Of a DNA stretch of 12,824 nt, positions 9,201-12,824 are shown piece by piece. Under the pieces are notes generated by a model, which was given only the letters and a program-made list of their open reading frames with translations, was not told the DNA's origin and searched no databases. The stretch's first letter is position 1, and each line of letters opens with the position of its first letter. Both the position numbers and the translations under genes were made by a program. The DNA is taken from positions 1-12,824 of the forward strand of contig CAYZJZ010000022.1 in assembly GCA_964478905.1 (NCBI GenBank), written 5' to 3'. Origin of the DNA: an uncultured Eubacteriales bacterium (GTDB lineage: Bacteria; Bacillota; Clostridia; TANB77; RGIG9151).

Positions 9201-9533
9201 ATAGAAGAACTAATGGATATAACCGACGAATTAACCGACAGATACGGAGACATTCCAAAAGAAACGTTACGCTTATTAAAAGTTGTTGAAATGAAATATT
9301 TAGCCGGTAAAGTAAACATTACTTCGATAGAAGAAAAAAATAAAAATGTATTTTTCTATTTTAAAAACGGAAATACAATAGATATTGAAAAACTAAGCAT
9401 AGTAATGAAAAAATTAAAAGGAAGAATACTATTTTCAGCCGGAGAAAAGCCATATATTACTTTAAACATTGATGATGATACAGAAGATGATTTGTTAAAA
9501 AATATTAAGTTTTTGTTACAAACAATAAACTAG
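6240..9533 (+). CDS. mfd: Transcription-repair coupling factor Mfd
   Basis: 1097 aa with an N-terminal UvrB-homology-like region. The RNAP-interaction (CarD/TRCF) segment is LKVGDYIVHEKHGIGIY. Superfamily-2 translocase motifs are GDVGYGKTEVA (Walker A), DEEQKFG, LTATPIPRTL and QLRGRVGRS. A C-terminal TRCF domain is present. Confidence 0.97.
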   Translation: MNVFEEILNNIPVYKTISKSIINNSVVVNGLADVEKRHFAYGVAKKQNRPFVFVAQNEADIDNIINDIELFSNKEIAYLPEENARLQVGTKSKDIYVKRAKIFEKLLLGEKPNLVVTTGIILNLFPKLDSFKSNTIKIETGKTYNIDKLSEMLVKCGFERTEIVEGVGQFSIRGGILDVYSPTAPNPYRIEFFDDEVDSIRIFDSISQRTIEKTENVDIFPVSSDEIKENEVSFLEYLPEEYMIFIEEPQRLMDKIDTMIFEYQEQIEKIENKEELPKRLFTREEIFNCLFDRKAVFLSTLETRLKEFSRVEKFSILSREITGFGNSFDNLAKAVAEWKSQKYRIIILAGTETKGKNVSKELLEKDVETIYTDNLDRLPNEGSVYITHGNLTAGFEYPEIKVVIISDNELFGSDKKKKKNKKSGMPIKIDELKVGDYIVHEKHGIGIYLGIETLNAAGVTKDYIKISYAKGDMLYIPVNQMENITKYIGSDGRVPKINKMGGQEWSAVKAKVRAGLKDVADSLVKLYAKREMAKGFAFSKDTVWQNQFEDNFIYEETEDQLRCIEEVKKDMERERPMDRLLCGDVGYGKTEVAIRAAFKAVMDSKQVAYLAPTTVLASQHYRSFVKRMKDYPIKIQVISRLRSQKEQKEILKKLKSGEIDILIGTHRIIQKDVIFKDLGLLIIDEEQKFGVMDKEKIKMIKENVDVLTLTATPIPRTLHMSMVGVKDISVIYEPPSNRNPVQTYVFEYDQGIIREAIVRELERKGQVYYLYNKVEDIDKVANKIQEAIPWARVTFAHGKMQPTELENIMMSFAENEFDVLVCTTIIDSGVDIPNVNTIIVENAENLGLSQLYQLRGRVGRSNRIAYAYVTYRKNKVLSEIATKRLNAIREFTEFGSGFKIAMRDLEIRGAGNLIGAQQHGHMDAVGYDTYCKILESMIKELKGETIFEEEKETTVVDLNINAYISEKYIKSEVQKMEMYQKISKADNIEELMDITDELTDRYGDIPKETLRLLKVVEMKYLAGKVNITSIEEKNKNVFFYFKNGNTIDIEKLSIVMKKLKGRILFSAGEKPYITLNIDDDTEDDLLKNIKFLLQTIN

Positions 9534-9562
9534 TTGAAGTGTAAAGCCTCATCATATATAAT
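9534..9562 (+). promoter_or_regulatory. Sigma-A promoter for the first prsA-like gene (TTGAAG, 17 bp spacer, TATAAT)
   Basis: TTGAAG at 9534-9539 immediately after the mfd stop, an exact 17-bp spacer, and a consensus TATAAT at 9557-9562. This lies about 40 nt upstream of the ATG at 9604. Confidence 0.65.
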
Positions 9563-9603
9563 TTATTTGTGAAATTTAGATAAACAGAAAGGAAGGACTA
9601 TTT

Positions 9604-10578
9604 ATGAAAGCAAAAAAAGGGGTAATAATACCTTTGATAATCACAATTATTTTACTCATTGCGGTAGGCGTGGGATATTGGTATATTTATGATAATGACT
9701 ATGTGCTAAAAATTAATGGCCAAAAAATTACAATGATTGAATTTAATACTTATTTAAATTTACAGAAAAAAATAATGGAACAACAATATGGTGAAAACGT
9801 TTGGAACATTTTAATAAAAGATGCACCGGCAATAGAAGCTGCGAGAGATGGTGCGAAACAAGCTATTGTTGATACAAAAGTAAAAGTACAAAAAGCGAAA
9901 GAAATGAATGTATCATTGACTTCCGAAGAAAAACAATTAATAAGAACAGCAGTTGAATATAATGGACAAGATATAATAGACGACTATGATATTACTTTTG
10001 AAGAACTACTTAGAATTAACGAGGAATATGCGATAATTAGTAAATTAGAAACAGAATTATTCAAACAAAACGACCATAGTTCTCATACTCATGGAAAAGT
10101 TAATATTGAAAGTTACGAAAAAGGTGAAGAAACAGGAACGACTTTTGATTCGAGACATATTTTATTTGATACTCAAAAGCTAAATGAAGAAGAAGCAAAG
10201 ACTGTAAAAGTAAAAGCTCAAGAAGTACTAAACAGAGTAAAAAACGGAGAAGATTTTGCTACTTTAGCTACTGAATTTAGTGAAGATCCTGGTTCTAAAA
10301 ATAATGGAGGGTTATATGAAGGAATAGGCCTTGGTAATTTTGTCAGTGAATATGAGAAGGCTGTTATGGCGATAAAAGACGGTGAAATATATCCGGAATT
10401 GGTAGAGTCTCCTTATGGATACCATATAATAAAAAGAGAAAAAGTTAATAATTCTGAATATTTAAGCTCAAGTGAAACTCAATCTCTTTTAACAACTGAA
10501 CTTGACGAAGAAGCTAAAAAGTGGATAGAAGATGCCAAAATAGAAGTAAATGAGCAACAATATAATTCAGCTCAGTAA
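9604..10578 (+). CDS. prsA: Membrane-anchored PrsA-like peptidyl-prolyl cis-trans isomerase (SurA-N-like chaperone domain plus parvulin/PpiC domain)
   Basis: 324 aa. The N-terminal TM anchor is VIIPLIITIILLIAVGVGYWYIY, with no lipobox Cys. The parvulin core is RHILF...GEDFATLATEFSEDPGSKNNGGLYEGIGLGNFVSEYEKAV...ESPYGYHIIK. Position between mfd and spoVT is the synteny I recall for Clostridia. Confidence 0.88.
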   Translation: MKAKKGVIIPLIITIILLIAVGVGYWYIYDNDYVLKINGQKITMIEFNTYLNLQKKIMEQQYGENVWNILIKDAPAIEAARDGAKQAIVDTKVKVQKAKEMNVSLTSEEKQLIRTAVEYNGQDIIDDYDITFEELLRINEEYAIISKLETELFKQNDHSSHTHGKVNIESYEKGEETGTTFDSRHILFDTQKLNEEEAKTVKVKAQEVLNRVKNGEDFATLATEFSEDPGSKNNGGLYEGIGLGNFVSEYEKAVMAIKDGEIYPELVESPYGYHIIKREKVNNSEYLSSSETQSLLTTELDEEAKKWIEDAKIEVNEQQYNSAQ

Positions 10579-10591
10579 AAAACGAGGATAG

Positions 10592-10636
10592 TGGACTGTA
10601 GGAAAACGAATTTTTGATTTCTACGGTCCATTTTTT
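10592..10636 (+). terminator. Rho-independent terminator after the first prsA-like gene
   Basis: TGGACTGTAG (10592-10601) pairs with CTACGGTCCA (10621-10630), 10 bp with one G.U pair and a 19-nt loop. It is followed by TTTTTT (10631-10636). Confidence 0.7.
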
Positions 10637-10640
10637 GCTA

Positions 10641-10669
10641 TTGAAAAAATGAATTTAAAAGTTTATTAT
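10641..10669 (+). promoter_or_regulatory. Sigma-A-like promoter for the SLH-PrsA gene (TTGAAA, 17 bp spacer, TATTAT)
   Basis: TTGAAA at 10641-10646, a 17-bp spacer and TATTAT at 10664-10669. It lies upstream of the AGGAGG RBS (10691-10696) and ATG 10703. It overlaps the first codons of the track's extended ORF (from 10649), which argues against that extended start. Confidence 0.55.
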
Positions 10670-10702
10670 GAAACTAGTAAATATATTCTAAGGAGGATAC
10701 AT

Positions 10703-12193
10703 ATGAAAAAGTATTTATTAAGTGCGGCAATATGCACAACATTATTTACAACGAGTGCATTTGCATTTAGTGATGTGCCAAACGATTTTTGGGCGTATAA
10801 TGCAATAAATTTTATGAAGGAGGAAAATGTAGTAAGCGGGTTTGCTGAAGATGGAACATTTAGACCTTCGGATAATGCTACTCGTGAACAGACAGCGACA
10901 ATACTAAATAATTTCTTTGGTTTAGAATTAAAGAAAAAGGCTAGAGTGTATGAAGATGTAAAAAGTTCGGATTGGTCTTATCAATATGTTAATTTAGCAT
11001 CTCAATATATGTATGATGAGAATGTAAATAATTTTAGACCACAAGAACTAACAACTAGGATAGAAGTAGCAGAGGCTGTTATAAGAATTCTAGGGTTAGA
11101 TTTAGACGAGCCTAATTTAGAATTAATAAAGAATTTTAAGGACTATTCGGAGTTTTTGGAAGAAGATAAGAAAACTATTGCATTAGCTGTAGAAAATGGA
11201 ATAATGAAAGGCTATGACGACGGAACATTTTTACCAAACGGAAAAATAACAAGAGCAGAGATTTGTTCGTTGCTATATAACGCTTTTGGTGAAAAAGATG
11301 AGCTTTTATCTAAAAATGATAATAAAATAGCACTATCAGTAAATGGAACTGATGTTAATGTAAAGGAAGTAAAATTATATTTAACAATTCAAAAGAAAAT
11401 ATTTGATATATTATTTAATAATTCGGATATTTGGACTAAAGAAATTCAAGGAGAATCTTTTTATTCAATTTGTAAAGACGCGACCAAAGATGAAATCGTA
11501 AAAATAAAGCTTGTAATGGAGAAAGCAAAAGAGCTTGGAATTGAAATTGATGAAGAAACTAAGAAACAATTAAAAGATCAAGTTGAATCAGAAGATGCTA
11601 AGGCACTTTGCGATTATTACGGAATAACAAACGATGAAATGCTAAAAGTTTTAGAAGAATCGGTTATAAATGAATTAGTTGCTAAAAAAATATATGACAC
11701 AATTGATCATACTTCACATACACATGCTGATATTAATGAATTAAAAGACGAATTTAGTTATGATATAAGACATATCTTAATTTTAACTAAAGATAAAACT
11801 GAGGCTGAAACTAAACTTGCAAGAGAATTAGCTGAAAGCATATTTGTAAGAGTTAATAATGGTGAAGACTTTGAAAAACTTGCAAATGAATACAGTGAAG
11901 ACGGTGGTTCTAATACTAACGGTGGACTATATGAAAATGTAAAACTTGGGCAATTTGTAAGCGAATTGGAAGACATAGCGTTAAATGGAGAAATCAGTGA
12001 AATATATCAAGGCATAGTAGAATCTGTTTATGGATATCACATAGTAAAATTGGAAGATAGAAGAACTGAAAAAGTACCTATGACTGAAGAGGAAAAAAAT
12101 ACAATAATTAATGCTGACTTTGAGGGAGTGCTTTCAAATTGGGTAAAAGAAGCCAAAGTAACAATTAATGAAGAAGTATTTGATAGAATTTAA
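10703..12193 (+). CDS. Secreted, S-layer-homology (3x SLH) anchored PrsA-like parvulin peptidyl-prolyl isomerase
   Basis: Start reassigned to ATG 10703, 6 nt after AGGAGG. The Sec signal peptide is MKKYLLSAAICTTLFTTSAFA|FS. Three SLH-like repeats follow: FSDVPNDFWAYNAINFM...GTFRP...TREQ; YEDVKSSDWSYQYV...FRPQELTTRIEVAE; FKDY...AVENGIMKGYDDGTFLPNGKITRAE. After them comes a SurA-N-like region and a parvulin core, RHILIL...GEDFEKLANEYSEDGGSNTNGGLYE...ESVYGYHIVK, collinear with the upstream paralog. Confidence 0.88.
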   Translation: MKKYLLSAAICTTLFTTSAFAFSDVPNDFWAYNAINFMKEENVVSGFAEDGTFRPSDNATREQTATILNNFFGLELKKKARVYEDVKSSDWSYQYVNLASQYMYDENVNNFRPQELTTRIEVAEAVIRILGLDLDEPNLELIKNFKDYSEFLEEDKKTIALAVENGIMKGYDDGTFLPNGKITRAEICSLLYNAFGEKDELLSKNDNKIALSVNGTDVNVKEVKLYLTIQKKIFDILFNNSDIWTKEIQGESFYSICKDATKDEIVKIKLVMEKAKELGIEIDEETKKQLKDQVESEDAKALCDYYGITNDEMLKVLEESVINELVAKKIYDTIDHTSHTHADINELKDEFSYDIRHILILTKDKTEAETKLARELAESIFVRVNNGEDFEKLANEYSEDGGSNTNGGLYENVKLGQFVSELEDIALNGEISEIYQGIVESVYGYHIVKLEDRRTEKVPMTEEEKNTIINADFEGVLSNWVKEAKVTINEEVFDRI

Positions 12194-12206
12194 TTTATTT
12201 AATTAT

Positions 12207-12236
12207 GTATAATATTGTCGCTTTTTATAGATACTA
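12207..12236 (+). promoter_or_regulatory. Candidate forespore sigma-G/F-type promoter upstream of spoVT
   Basis: GTATA (12207-12211), an 18-bp spacer and GATACTA (12230-12236). The Bacillus sigma-G consensus as I recall it is GHATR-N18-CATXHTA, so the -35 matches fully and the -10 matches 6 of 7. A TATAAT (12208-12213) overlaps the same site, so a sigma-A reading is not excluded. Confidence 0.4.
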
Positions 12237-12272
12237 CTATCAAATGAAAAAATCGTTAAGGAGGTAGTAAAA

Positions 12273-12824
12273 GTGAAAGCGACAGGTATAGTTAGAAGAA
12301 TTGATGACTTGGGTAGAGTCGTTATTCCTAAAGAAATAAGAAAAACTTTAAGAATAAGAGAAGGAGATCCACTTGAAATATTTACAGATAAAGATGGAGA
12401 GGTAATCTTAAAGAAATATTCGCCAATAGGGGAGTTAACTGAATTTGCAGTTCAATATGCTGAAACTTTAGCTAAAACAAGTGGGCATGTTGCTTGTATA
12501 ACGGATAAAGACTCTGTTATAGCTGTTTCAGGAGCTCCCAAAAGAGAATTCCTAGATAAAAATATCAGTTACGAACTTGAAAAAATTATGAACGATAAAA
12601 CAACGTGGGTCGTAAAAAGCTCAACTGAAAAACGTGTCCCGATATTTAATAACGAAAGCTTAGATAAATACTATGCACAAGTTATTTCACCAATTGTGTC
12701 TGAAGGAGATACTATTGGTTCGGTAGTATTAATGGCGACAGAAGCAAGTTCACAAATGGGGGATGCTGAAGTAAAATTAGCACAATCAGCAGCTGGTTTC
12801 CTAGGAAAACAAATGGAACAGTAA
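12273..12824 (+). CDS. spoVT: Stage V sporulation transcriptional regulator SpoVT (AbrB/SpoVT swapped-hairpin N-domain plus GAF-like C-domain)
   Basis: 183 aa. The N-terminus MKATGIVRRIDDLGRVVIPKEIRKTLRIREGDPLEIF is the AbrB/SpoVT DNA-binding signature. The extra C-terminal domain of about 130 aa, roughly twice AbrB length, fits SpoVT rather than AbrB. GTG start lies 8 nt after AAGGAGG. The stop TAA is the last codon of the window. Confidence 0.9.
   Translation: MKATGIVRRIDDLGRVVIPKEIRKTLRIREGDPLEIFTDKDGEVILKKYSPIGELTEFAVQYAETLAKTSGHVACITDKDSVIAVSGAPKREFLDKNISYELEKIMNDKTTWVVKSSTEKRVPIFNNESLDKYYAQVISPIVSEGDTIGSVVLMATEASSQMGDAEVKLAQSAAGFLGKQMEQ

Noticed and set aside
6240-9533. Mfd is somewhat short (1097 aa) compared with my recollection of about 1150-1180 aa for Bacillus and E. 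coli.
   Set aside because: All diagnostic modules are present: the N-terminal UvrB-homology-like region, the RID, helicase motifs I-VI and the C-terminal TRCF domain. The difference is plausibly trimmed loops in the N-terminal half. An alignment would be needed to say more.
10649-10702. 18-codon N-terminal extension (MNLKVYYETSKYILRRIH) of the SLH-PrsA ORF in the six-frame track.
   Set aside because: The extension starts inside the predicted promoter and contains the AGGAGG RBS that serves ATG 10703. The extended ATG has no RBS of its own. The sequence from 10703 begins with a textbook signal peptide.

Overview
This AT-rich window looks like core chromosome from a Firmicutes/Clostridia-type organism, with every supported feature on the + strand. 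It opens with the distal end of a division/cell-wall (dcw) cluster: murA, ftsQ/divIB, a DUF881 (YlxW/YlxX-like) gene, sbp (DUF1290), ftsA and ftsZ. A stand-alone tRNA-Cys(GCA) unit follows, with its own strong promoter and terminator. After that come mfd (transcription-repair coupling factor), two tandem PrsA-like parvulin foldase paralogs, and a complete spoVT that ends exactly at the window edge. The first paralog is membrane-anchored. The second has a signal peptide plus three SLH repeats. Several sigma-A-type promoters and rho-independent terminators can be read directly from the sequence. I see no CRISPR array, mobile element, integrase, toxin-antitoxin pair or recognisable defence or biosynthetic system. 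All minus-strand ORFs in the track look like shadow ORFs inside well-supported + strand genes. My honest assessment is that this is an ordinary, conserved housekeeping region. The most unusual items are the SLH-tethered PrsA paralog, a His-rich DH[ST]SHTH motif shared by both paralogs, the tRNA-Cys terminator abutting the mfd ribosome-binding site, and a three-hairpin sbp-ftsA spacer. All are of modest interest and none can be confirmed without database or structure tools.
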